Assembly: GCA_964035545.1 (NCBI GenBank)
Contig: OZ037770.1
Span: 7,818,973 to 7,882,972, forward strand
DNA from: Bugula neritina
Lineage: Eukaryota; Animalia; Bryozoa
Direction of reading: 5' to 3'
Length of the DNA: 64,000 nt
Shown here: positions 52,836 to 64,000 of the stretch, piece by piece
Layout of the letters: each line of letters opens with the position of its first letter
How positions within the stretch are numbered: the first letter of the stretch is position 1
Position numbers and translations under genes: made by a program
Notes under the pieces: generated by a model
Databases searched by the model: none
The model's input: the letters and a program-made list of their open reading frames with translations, nothing else
Told to the model about the DNA's origin: nothing

Positions 52836-55800
52836 AACTAACTTTTTACTCAGAATACAATATGATTAGCACTTTATCATCCCATCTTGCTGCATAGGAA
52901 ATGCCCCAAAATCACAATCACCTAAAGATTAGAACCCAAAGACTATGCCAGCCTGTGGTGAGCTGTCTTGTCAGCAATATTAATCATCTATTTGATCTAA
53001 TTGGCTGGTTGCCATTAGCGAGCTAACATTTTTCGTTTTCATACGCAGTTAAACTTCTGCTGAACTGAATTAAAACATTTTTCAAAAGTTTGCATTTTCC
53101 AGTTTTATGATATCTAGAGTCATCTTCTCGCTGCTGAGCGATTAAAGAAAAGGGCCTGTGGGCGAGCAGTAAAGTTAAACTTAAATATCATTAGCTAATA
53201 AACTTTCTCACCCACAGCCAATGCATTGTGGGTAGCAGGTCGTCTCACAACAGATTTTTACACATGTGGACTCGCACACTGAAAATCTGCGTCATGTAGC
53301 CCTAGCATTAGCTCAGCATGTTGACTGCATAAAATCTGTACTAAGCAGCCCTATGTTGTCGTTTGCCTGAAAACCCTAGTAATATGGCAGGATGTTAAAC
53401 AGTAGGTAGAAGCTTTCACAGCATTGAGTTTTGAGTTTAGTTAGTGTAATATGCATGTATGATGGATTATGAAATACAGGCGCACGCACGCACGCACGCG
53501 TGCACGCACTTGCGGCGCAGGTTAACTGTCTCTCAAAAACTTTTGCAATAGAAAATTTCGAAGTGCTGATGCAATATAGCTACAATACTTTACGCCATTC
53601 GAGATGAAGTTGATTAAATTAATTGCTAAATAAATCGTACTATAAAGTGTGAAGTATGTGAACTAAGGAAATAATATCTTAATAAGTTTTATAAGTAGAA
53701 ACACAAACAAATAAGCATCACTTTCCCATCTGAAAAACAAAAGTTTGCTTGTTTTAAAAAAGTGTGTATAATAAGTTTGGAGCACAAACCTGTTTCAGCA
53801 GCGAGCTTCTCTTTGGACCACTGATTGATAAATAATCGAGTGTGTATGTATAATGCATACAAATACGTATGGCGCAGACACACATAGATATAATGATGCC
53901 TCTATGCAAGATGTATTGATTGCTTCTTGAGGTACACACTTCTTTATTTATTCCATACAATGATAGACGAGAGATAGAAAATCCACTCTTCAACAGAGTC
54001 ACTCAATAAACTGAGCGTATAGAATGCAAGACATTTAAAGTTGAATTTCCTGCGAAACTACAGTGGAGTTTGAAATATCAGCTAATCAATAGTGAATTGA
54101 GACCTATTTGGGCATTTATTTTATTATCAGCATAAGATTGATTTAAAGCTGCAGGTAATTATCGTGAAAAAGATACATCAATGTATCACCTCTATGAACA
54201 TAGCTAATTTGACACACTTAATAACATAATTATGTTGTTTACCATAACTGTCCACCTGATGTATGCTAATTAAATATAATATAGTGTTTCCAACATTGTA
54301 ATATATTCACATAGCGGCTGAATTTGAACAATTGAAATATTAGCTGCCAAATACCGACAGCTATACTATACCCAGACCTGTGTGCATTAGCCTTAGGTTG
54401 TCTAACAGGATAGTGCAAATGCTGGTTATATGTAGCTTCACTTTATAGAGCTAAGGCCATGATAAACATATTTGCAGCATATCAAGTCTGTCATATGACA
54501 AAAGTTTTACTATCAAAATGTCTACCAAGTGAGCACAACTCACACTCAACTTTCTGTAAAGTGCCAGGATGTAGATTTTACTAGCCTCTCTATTCATAGT
54601 AGATCTGTTATGTTTTGATGCTTGAAAATATTTCCTGCTCAATAATAATAATTTGGCTAAAGTTTCAGCTAAAGTTGCAGGGTTTTATGCAAACTTAAAA
54701 AGAATTCACAAATTTATTTCTGAATTTAATTTTTAAAATTTGTGCAAAATTAATGCTAACAAACAATGGACTCAAACCCCACAGAGTTACATTCTATGTT
54801 TATGTTAACCCACATCATTCACTCAGCACCTGATTAATTCTGTAGCTGACTTATCAAAGTGTTGCTGTGACATTAGAAGAGCCGATATCTCATTAGCTTG
54901 ATGTATTTCAGTTTATCATCTGAACAGGAAATGATGAAAGATTATAGAATTATTGTCTGGGAATACCTTGACTTCCCTTAACTTAAACTAAACTCCGTTA
55001 ATGTAAATAATTAAGGCTACAGCAACTCTTTGATTCTAACATAACAAGTTTAACCTTTGACCTTCAAGACACAAGATTTCAAAAACTGTACATCACAGGA
55101 TAGGTGTTTGGGTGGAACGCTGGTGGCCACATTTTATTGGTTCATCTCTTGCAGTGGTAGGTTGCATGAATACATGAGTTATTAAACTGAGATTACCTTG
55201 TCAGAACCAATGCAGAATACATAACTAATACACTATGCAGCATGGTTGTCTCTAAACAACCTATTCCATTGATACATTTTAAAAAACATGAAAAAATATC
55301 GAGGAGTTAAAAGTAAGTGACAAGAAACTTTAGATTCAGCTTCAACTATTGATTGTTTCAATTAAATTCTTAAATGACTGTTAATCAAATTGACATGAAA
55401 AATTAGCCTAATCAATGGCAGAGTGTATTAAGACACTGAGTGTCAATAGAAGCTGCTATGTAAGCAGATAAAGCTTGTATAACTGCAGGAATTTACAAGA
55501 AACCAACATTATAAATGTTTTATGATGAGTGTAATTGTTGTGGTGGCCTGCAGTGTACTGTGTCAACAGTGGGTGTTGTGCGCACAGTTACTTGCTTAAC
55601 CACCGATCAATGCTTCCTTTTAAAGATAGAAATTGTGTACAATAAATAATACCATTCACTCTGCATGGCTGTAAGAAAATCCAATAATCATCAAAGATTC
55701 CACTGCATATACATTTATACTAAGTTCTTAATCACAAAGAGTTGACAGAGCTTGGGCACAAAAGTTCACCTCTCAGATTCTCATGAAATGTTTCAGTAGG

Positions 55801-56878
55801 AATAGCAGCTAAAGCACAATTCCCACTAGTGCAAGTAGTAAGTATGAATTATATATTTTATTCTAATTTTGCTGTGAACACTGCCGAGGACATAATATAA
55901 GGAATTAACATGAAAGAAAAAGCAGAGAAGATAAAAGGGACGTTAGAAAGATGAGATATTGATGCTAATAGCCCATGACACATTTATGCATGCTGCATAG
56001 TGCATTATGACATGAGTACATATGTACAATTGTACTGCTATGGCAGCCCACAATAGTGGATAGAATATTATAGAAAGTTCCTTAAGATGATGCTGAAAAC
56101 AAGCCGCTAACTATCATAAGACCAATAGACTCAAACTGCAGCCCTTGAAATGACTTGAATGTTTATTTAAATTGCACAAATTGTAAGAGTTTTATAGCTG
56201 AATAATGTTCTGGTGTTATTATTGTACTACTATACTATTATACACTTTGATATATAACATGCATCACTATATACATCGCTACATTGAGGCAAACATGTAA
56301 TAATATATTATATGTATTTATGTACACTAAAAGATCCCCACACAATAAGATATGTAAGTATTTAAATATAAACTGTCAGTGCATCAGGCAGCCAATCATG
56401 GCTCGTATGCTGTGTAGTGATATTACAATACGCACCTTGCCAATATGCTCATCTTTTTCAACTATTGTATATGCACTTGTTCAGCTATTAAAGTAAATAT
56501 AACAGAAAAAACACACATAAGCCCAGACATAAATCAGTATGTGTAATAAATATACATGAATAAATAAAATAGATGTAACTCTAACAGCATTTTGCATCTT
56601 ACTCGACGCTTATCAATGTTTTCTTGTGAGTAAGCTTAAGGTTTTTACCAATAATACATTAAAAAGAAAAGGTTTGTTACAGATATCTAAGTGCAAGTAG
56701 CATATAGGGGCATCTGTAAACCCAACAAGTATATTATTATGCTCAAGAAAATACTGTATAAATCTATAATATATCATGATTTTAGGCTTCATATATACAC
56801 ATGGGACTTTTACTTAATGAAACAAGCTGTTTTCTCACTGTATAATTGCTCAATAGACTTCTATACTTTCACATTTAG

Positions 56879-56989
<111 letters not shown>

Positions 56990-58489
56990 GAAACTATTAG
57001 TAGCGCAATAAAACATCTATATAATTAAATTGCTCTTTTCTTCAATAATATATATACACATATATATATTTTATATATATATAGCCAATTTCACAGAATT
57101 GACCACTTGTGTCATAGCTAGAACTAAGAAATATACAGTTTGTCCCCAAATAACCAACCCTCATGGTATTAAGATACTTAACGCATTCATAAATTCACAA
57201 AATTAGAAATAAAGATACCAAGTTCCAGTAGAACCTTGTAGAAGTTAAAATTTTGTTGGGGATTTGCCTTGGGCTATGAAATAATATGCTGTTTCTAGGG
57301 TTTAATTGGTTAGAGATTGTCAGTCCAGCTATTTTTTTCTATTGGGTAGACAATTTCTACACGACAAGAAAATGCAATGCACTACTCAACTTCAAACAAC
57401 GTACAGAATAGCAGTTACCTAGCAACTGACAGTAGAGCTAGTCACTAAGAGTGCACCAAGACACAGTACACTCAAGTCACAGTATGCCCTGTCACTTACA
57501 GTACACGCAGTCACTGACAGTACACTCGATATCGTTAACTCATAATAAATTAATAGTGATTTAAGCCAGGTGAGATTTACCATAGAAACTTTGTCAATAT
57601 ATACATTTGCTTTTTTTAAATTACCACATTGTATTGTAGCAGGTGATTATTTAGAGTTGGTCAAAAACATGACGATAATCCATCTATGTATAGGATATTT
57701 ATATTTTAAATACATGTTTGAAGTGCTAAAAATTAGCTATAAAAAGTTTTTAAAAGTCGATTATATACAAAATTATATTTTTGGTAACATCTCAGTTTCA
57801 ATGGCCTGACAAGAAAATTATCACTTGCTAGGCAGTGGATAGGAGCTATACCAGAATATTATAACAAAACCATGTGTTTAAATAATAAACAACAATTCTA
57901 TGTAAATATAAATTACAGTGTTTATGCGAAATAAAAATACAAAAATAATGAAAACAACACGATATGTGTAAAAATTGCCCAACGATAAATAAAAATAAAT
58001 AGAAGTTGTGTAGTCTAGACTAGAGGTGAGAATAAGTTACTAGGTGCTCACATGATTAAATGAGAGTGAGTGAGAGAGTGAGAGCTACTTCAGGTCCATG
58101 ACTTCGTATTATGTGAATGGATTTGTGGTTGCGGTTTGCATAAGCCTATGGTTGTGATTTCATTCAATGTAACTGTTTTCAAACACTGAATGGAAAACCT
58201 ATTCGAATAATACAAAACTGGGAAAAGTAGTGAATGTGAAGAGTGAGCGTGGGAATGATTGTGAGTATGAATGTGTATGGGAGGAGAGGGGGAGGGGGTT
58301 GGGGTGCCGGTGAACAGAAGGACACTGAGTGAGCATGTATGTGTGTCTGTGAGTGAGTTTAAATGTGAATCAGTGGCAAGTAGTGTGAGAGAGTGTATAC
58401 TCAAAGAAAACAAGTAAGATAGTGTGAGGGAGTGATGAAGTGAGAGTATGAATGTGTATAGCAGGGGGGGGGGGGGGTTAGAGGGAGCA

Positions 58490-61400
58490 CTAGACAGTAT
58501 GTAGCTCAGTCTCCTCGGGGTTACTAGCCGCCACATCAGACTCCCGCAGACCTTCACTGTGATGACCTTTACCAACCATCTCCAGGAGAGCCTTAGCTCC
58601 AGGATCACTGTCCAGTATGCTGGTGGTTCCCTGGCAATGCGAGTCATATATTACATGTAATAGTTACATATAATAGTTACATATAATAGTTACATATAAT
58701 AGTTACATATAATAGTTACATATAATAGTTACATATAATAGATGCATATAATAGTAGCACCTGTAGAAAAGCAGCATCTGTAGACAGGAAGCACTTGTAG
58801 ACAAGTAGCACCTGTAGGCAAGTAGCACCTGTAGGCAAGTAGCATCTGTAGACAGGAAGCATCTGTAGACAGGTGCCCCTATAAAACACCTACCTGCTCT
58901 GCCTTTTCAGCCTCCTCATCCAAATCCTCCTGGATATTGCTCACTCTCCACACCTCCAAGTCAGTGTAAGTGAACTCAGAGACGTGGGACAGAGTGGGGC
59001 TCTGGTAGGTGGTTGAGAGAGGTTTAGCCATGCTGTGCCCCTTGCCGTACTCACAGTCTAACCACAACCCAAAGTAGTCCAACTGACCTCCCATACCCTG
59101 CAAGCGATGCAAATATATATAGTAATATTGTGTAACAGATACAGTGTGTGCTGTAGTTAGCATAGTGTGTACTGTAGTTACCACAGTGTATACTGTAGTT
59201 AGCATAGTGTATACTGTAGTTAGCATAGTCTATACTGTAGTTAGCATAGTCTATACTGTAGTTAGCATAGTCTATACTGTAGTTAGCATAGTGTATACTG
59301 TAGTTAGCATAGTGTATACTGTAGTTAGCATAGTGTATACTGTAGTTAGCATAGTGTATACTGTAGTTAGCATAGTGTATAATGTAGTTAGCATAGTCTA
59401 TACTGTAGTTAGCATAGCGCATACTGTAGTAAGCATAGTCTAGACTTTAGTTAGAATAGTCTATACTGTAGTTAGCATAGTGTATACTGTAGTTAGCATA
59501 GTGTATACTGTAGTTAGCATAGTGTATACTGTAGTTAGCATAGTGTATACTGTAGTTAGCATAGTGTATAATGTAGTTAGCATAGTCTATACTGTAGTTA
59601 GCATAGCGCATACTGTAGTAAGCATAGTCTAGACTTTAGTTAGAATAGTCTATACTGTAGTCATCAACAAATATTTTTACTTAACAATTACTGTTACATA
59701 TTATGCTAATGATGGAAGTTAATACCCAATACATAAAATCAACTCTTTCCATCATGTTCAGGGGGTTGATGGTTGTACACCAACAACATAATGTATCTTT
59801 ATATTGTTTACACATGAGTTTTGTACTCCTACTTGTGGAAGAGTGCATACATACTACTACAGTGTATATACTATATAGTATGCAGGTAACTCTATGATAG
59901 TCCGACAGGCTTATTAGCTTAGAGAGTAACGTAGCACACTAGCAAGTGGAGCGGGTCAGTATCCAGTCTATACTGTCTTCATCAAAGAGTAATAGATACG
60001 GTATATCTATACTGGCTATATGTAACAGATATGATGAGAGTCCATGTGCACAATGATATAGATTATTGAGGTGCAGAACCCACGTATTTATTCACAGCCA
60101 ACTATTGAGTTAGAAGACTCATGTTATTACCTCTAAAACATCCAATCTCCCTAACACATGTTGTTGGCATGTAGTTCCAACAAATAGTCAGTTAAACGTA
60201 TTTATTCACAGTCAACTATTGAATAAGAAGAATTGTGTCAGTAAATCAAACAGTTGCTCCTCAAAATTGCTGCAACAACATCCAATATCCATATCTGCAT
60301 AATATACGTTGGCACAGAGTTCCAACGGATAGTCAGTTAAACCAATTTGTTGCTAGCTACATACTGATGGAAGAAAACTGAGTGACAGGTAGGATAAGAA
60401 TGTTTTACTAGATTAGTTTTATATAGAACTTAGCATGCTGGAGGAGATAAATGGTAAATTGAAAGAGAAGATGAATGGGTTTGAGCTTTTGAATAATAAA
60501 GCTATACGATGATTAACATCAGTATAATATATAATTCTTAGTAGTCATTATTAAAACAAAAGTTTATTCATATGAGTTTTAGAGCATTTTCCCCATGTTC
60601 TAAACAGTATATATTCATATATTCTAAACAGTATATATTCATATATTCTAAACAGTATATATTCATATATTCTAAACAGTATATATTCATATATTCTAAA
60701 CAGTATAAATTCATATATTCTAAACAGTGTATATTCATATATTCTAAACAGTATATATTCATATATTCTAAACAGTATATATTCATATATTCTAAACAGT
60801 GTATGTTCATATATTCTAAACAGTATATATTCATATATTCTAAACAGTATATATATTCATACCATTCCATTTGGCAGAGTTTCCTGACCAGTGTTTAAGT
60901 AGAAATAATTTGTGTTTATTCCGGAAGGCTTGTAAATGTCAAGGACAGGGTGAATACTGAATAGGAAATTGTCTATCGAGCCTGCAACACATTGACTGAC
61001 ATATTCAACTACAATACATTGACTGACACATTCTACTACAACACATTGACCGACATATTATACTACAATACATTGACTGACACATTCAACTACAATACAT
61101 TGAGTGACACATTCAACTACAATACACTGAGTGACATATTCCACTCAGAAACATTGACTAAACGTTTTGATTTATAACGATACATCATAGCACACAGTGT
61201 GCATAAAATGTTGAGAGATTTCGATATGCTCCATTAATGCTTTCTATTGGATGTTGATAGCTGCTAGAGCTCATTAAAGCCTTCTAGAACTCATTGACTT
61301 TTGCTAGAGGTCACTGTAAAGACTTATCAATGCATACTAGAAATCAGTATAACCAGTTCACTGATCAACACTTGATTTAATCAGGAGCAGGTATTGTGAA

Positions 61401-63422
61401 TCAATGTAACGTTTCCTGCATCCATAGGTGTAGTTTATATAACCTTCGGAACCAAAGGAAAATTAAATTCATTTAAAAGTACATGCCTTGAAATGCTGCA
61501 TGATTTGACCAAACTGCAGTGCTGAATCCACCAAAAATATTTCCTTCAATATCTCTCACAACCAGCACCGTGTTTCTGTGTTTTCTTACATTACGTAGCA
61601 AGTTTGTGAAACTTTCTCCGTGTTTCCTGGTATAATACAAGTATATAAACATACAATGTTATGCAATAAAGTGAGGTGTGAACTACAAAAATAACATATA
61701 GATAGTATAGTATACTATATACATATCATATAGTATAGTATACTGTATACATGTAATATATTATACCGTATACATGTAATATAGTATAGTACACTGTATA
61801 CATGTGATATAGTATACTGTATACATGTGATATAGTAAACTGTATACATGTGATATAGTATAGTATACTGTATACATGTGATATAGTATACTATATACAT
61901 GTGATATAGTATAGTGTATACATGTGATATAGTATAGTATACTGTATACATGTAATATAGTATAGTACACTGTATACATGTAATATAGTATAGTATTAGT
62001 ATACTGTATACATGTGATATATTATAGTATACTGTATACATGTAATATAGTATAGTATTAGTATACTGTATACATGTGATATAGTATAGTATACTGTATA
62101 CATGTAATATAGTATAGTATACTGTATACATGTAATATAGTATAGTACACTGTATACATGTAATATAGTATAGTATACTATATACATATTATATAGTATA
62201 CTATACTATATACATGTGATATAGTATACTGTATACATGTGGTATAGTATACTGTATACATGTGATATAGTATACTGCATACATGTAATATAGTGAAGAG
62301 GAAGTAGTATATTTTTACCTGCTATCAAATAGCAAAGTCCATTTCTCTCTAAGCTTCTGAGGTATAGACTGGTTTATAGTGATCACATCTCCAACTCTCA
62401 ACAAGTTTGTGTGGTCTTCCATCCCTTTCTTACCAAAGAATATTGGGAGAAGAGATCTCTCAGGCTAAAAGGTGACACAACACAGCTTTAGTTAATAAAA
62501 GTTATTATTATAATTTGTTCATTTTTTTACATATAAGCTGAAGTTTGCTGCTAGAGAATAATATACTCATCGGCCAGGGTTGGGGTGATTGTAATTTGTA
62601 ATTGTAATTGGTTGTAATTAATTACACTTTTTCAAGTAATTGAATGTAATTTGTAATTGATGTATAAAAATGTAATTGTAATTAATTACATACATAATGT
62701 AATTGAACTTTGCAATTACTTTATAATTACATGTCAATTACTTCAAATTTTGAAATCTTAAAAATTTTATACTTTTCCTACCATGCCTATTGTTGAATGA
62801 CAAATTCAGATTAATTTAACGTAGTATAGTAGTTGGACCGCAGAAGTTAGAGTGTATAAATGGTATTCATCTCTTGTGAGCACAAAAGTAATTGTAATTA
62901 ATTACATTACTTTTCAACTGTAATTATATTTGTAATTGTAATTGACAAATTTTTATGTAATTGTAATCAATTACATTCATATGTAATTGACCCCAACCCT
63001 GGTATCTGTGCCACTCCATGTAAATCTTTCATTACAGATTACATCAACAAAACATTTAAGGTAACTGTTAATTGTGCTTGTGGAAAAATCACCATGTATG
63101 AAAAAATCATCCGGGGAGGGGGGGAAGATGCATGATAAACTAGCAAGCTACACAATACCACAATTAGCTTCAACTCCTGTATATTGTTTCTCTCCCCTAA
63201 CGAGTATAATAAACTCTCTGTGACTCTATTACAGTAAATTATAATTGTGTATTTCAATGAAATATTGGTTCAAGATTCCCACCTCATCGCATACAGGAAA
63301 GAGGGTTTGGAAGGTGGAAGTGAAACAGGCAGGGAAGAGAGAAGGTTGACCACACCATTTCAGTATATCCTCTTCAGAATACGCTGCATCTGGTATACTT
63401 TGTACGGTCTTGGAGCTTAAAC
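58490..63422 (-). CDS. MEAK7: MTOR-associated protein MEAK7 / TLDc domain protein 1, 3' part (5' exons not resolved or outside the window)
   Basis: Minus-strand exons 63422-63283, 62464-62319, 61626-61487, 60981-60863, 59097-58894, 58630-58490. TLDc motifs WTLLFDSRKHGESF, GNIFGGF, NFLFSIHP, YLNTGQETLPNGMGMGGQLDYFGLW, LEVW; family tail SILDSDPGAKALLEMVG..HSEGLRE. Confidence 0.92.
58655..58875. repeat. Two adjacent minisatellites (14-bp ATATAATAGTTACA; 19-bp GTAGCACCTGTAG[A/G]CAA) filling the last MEAK7 intron
   Basis: Direct reading. Confidence 0.88.
59143..59662. repeat. 21-bp minisatellite (TATACTGTAGTTAGCATAGTG)n
   Basis: About 24 units, with a higher-order duplication of about 190 bp. 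Confidence 0.95.
60597..60860. repeat. 24-bp minisatellite starting at a MEAK7 donor
   Basis: TTCTAAACAGTATATATTCATATA, about 11 copies. Confidence 0.95.
60982..61160 (-). repeat. 27-bp array that includes the MEAK7 exon acceptor
   Basis: Minus-strand units GTCAGTCAATGT(A/G)TTGTAG..., terminal unit GTCAGTCAATGTGTTGCAG|GC is the real acceptor. Confidence 0.85.
61705..62292. repeat. AT-rich minisatellite (ATATAGTATAGTATACTGTATACATGT[A/G])n
   Basis: Direct reading. Confidence 0.93.
62575..63001. mobile_element. MITE with CAGGGTTGGGG terminal inverted repeats and TGTAAT subterminal repeats (hAT-like)
   Basis: CAGGGTTGGGGTGATT ... AATTGACCCCAACCCTG; TSD not clean. Confidence 0.8.
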
Positions 63423-64000
63423 CTAGTAAGAATAGACCATGTAAAACTCAGCCAATCAGCGAAGTGTACCAGGTCAATGTCTTACCATTGTAACTGATAT
63501 AAAATTCTGCAAGTTCAATTGCAAAATGCATGCTTCTAAAAGCTAGTTGTGCAACTTTTTTTTCATGCATTATTTAATTTCATATCTTAAATTGATGACT
63601 CTTGAAATGATTTTTTAAAATGTCTAAATTAAGTGTTTATAAAACGCAAATAAAAATTGCGTGTCTAGAAAAATGACCTGGTACACTTTTGCAACTTAAG
63701 GCCAATTATTACATAACTGCCAGCTTAGTAGTTATTTGTTGTAGCAGCTTGAATGGGTTATTGTTTAGCATTGGAAGCTTGCAGTAAACATCTGTGAATT
63801 TGGTACATGACTTTGATTGGCTGGTTTTTGAATGGCCCTTTAGTATATGCATCTGGATGGCTGGGTAGTATGGACTCCGCTTACATCTAGCTAATGTACA
63901 GTAGCCAATCCACAGTAGTATTACAAAATTTCTGTTTAACAAATGAAATATTCTGGTCATTTGTTTTGTACTTTACAATAGTAAATATTCTATTCAACTA

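Noticed and set aside
58090-58647. 185-aa minus-strand ORF
   Set aside because: Out-of-frame read of the last MEAK7 exon into a low-complexity 3' UTR.
63486-63535. Candidate next upstream MEAK7 exon or 8-nt microexon (donor ATG|GTAAG at 63485)
   Set aside because: The donor is plausible and phase-compatible, but the acceptor is ambiguous and no motif confirms it.

Overview
AT-rich, intron-rich animal genomic DNA (invertebrate; a lophotrochozoan is an inference, the species cannot be read from the sequence). Most entries in the ORF track are artefacts of microsatellites or single exons. Hand-splicing gives seven protein-coding genes: CDC37 (+, 11 exons, 376 aa); a RERG/RASL11/RASL12-like small GTPase (+, 4 exons); two tandem secreted 10-Cys prokineticin/colipase-fold precursors (+, 3 exons each); a Kv-beta subunit (KCNAB2-like, -, 14 exons, two alternative last exons and an alternative donor); a divergent SK Ca2+-activated K+ channel (-, 10 coding exons); and the 3' part of MEAK7/TLDC1 (-). 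There are also hAT-type MITEs, fold-back elements, tRNA-derived SINEs and many intronic minisatellites. Main points for a second look: (1) the duplicated 10-Cys peptides have conserved KR sites in two expanded loops and sharply localised divergence; (2) several tandem arrays are copies of the splice acceptor itself, and in the two fully checked cases only the last copy gives protein; (3) three inferred GC-AG introns among 44; (4) a Kv-beta pseudo-exon that records the duplication which produced the peptide pair.
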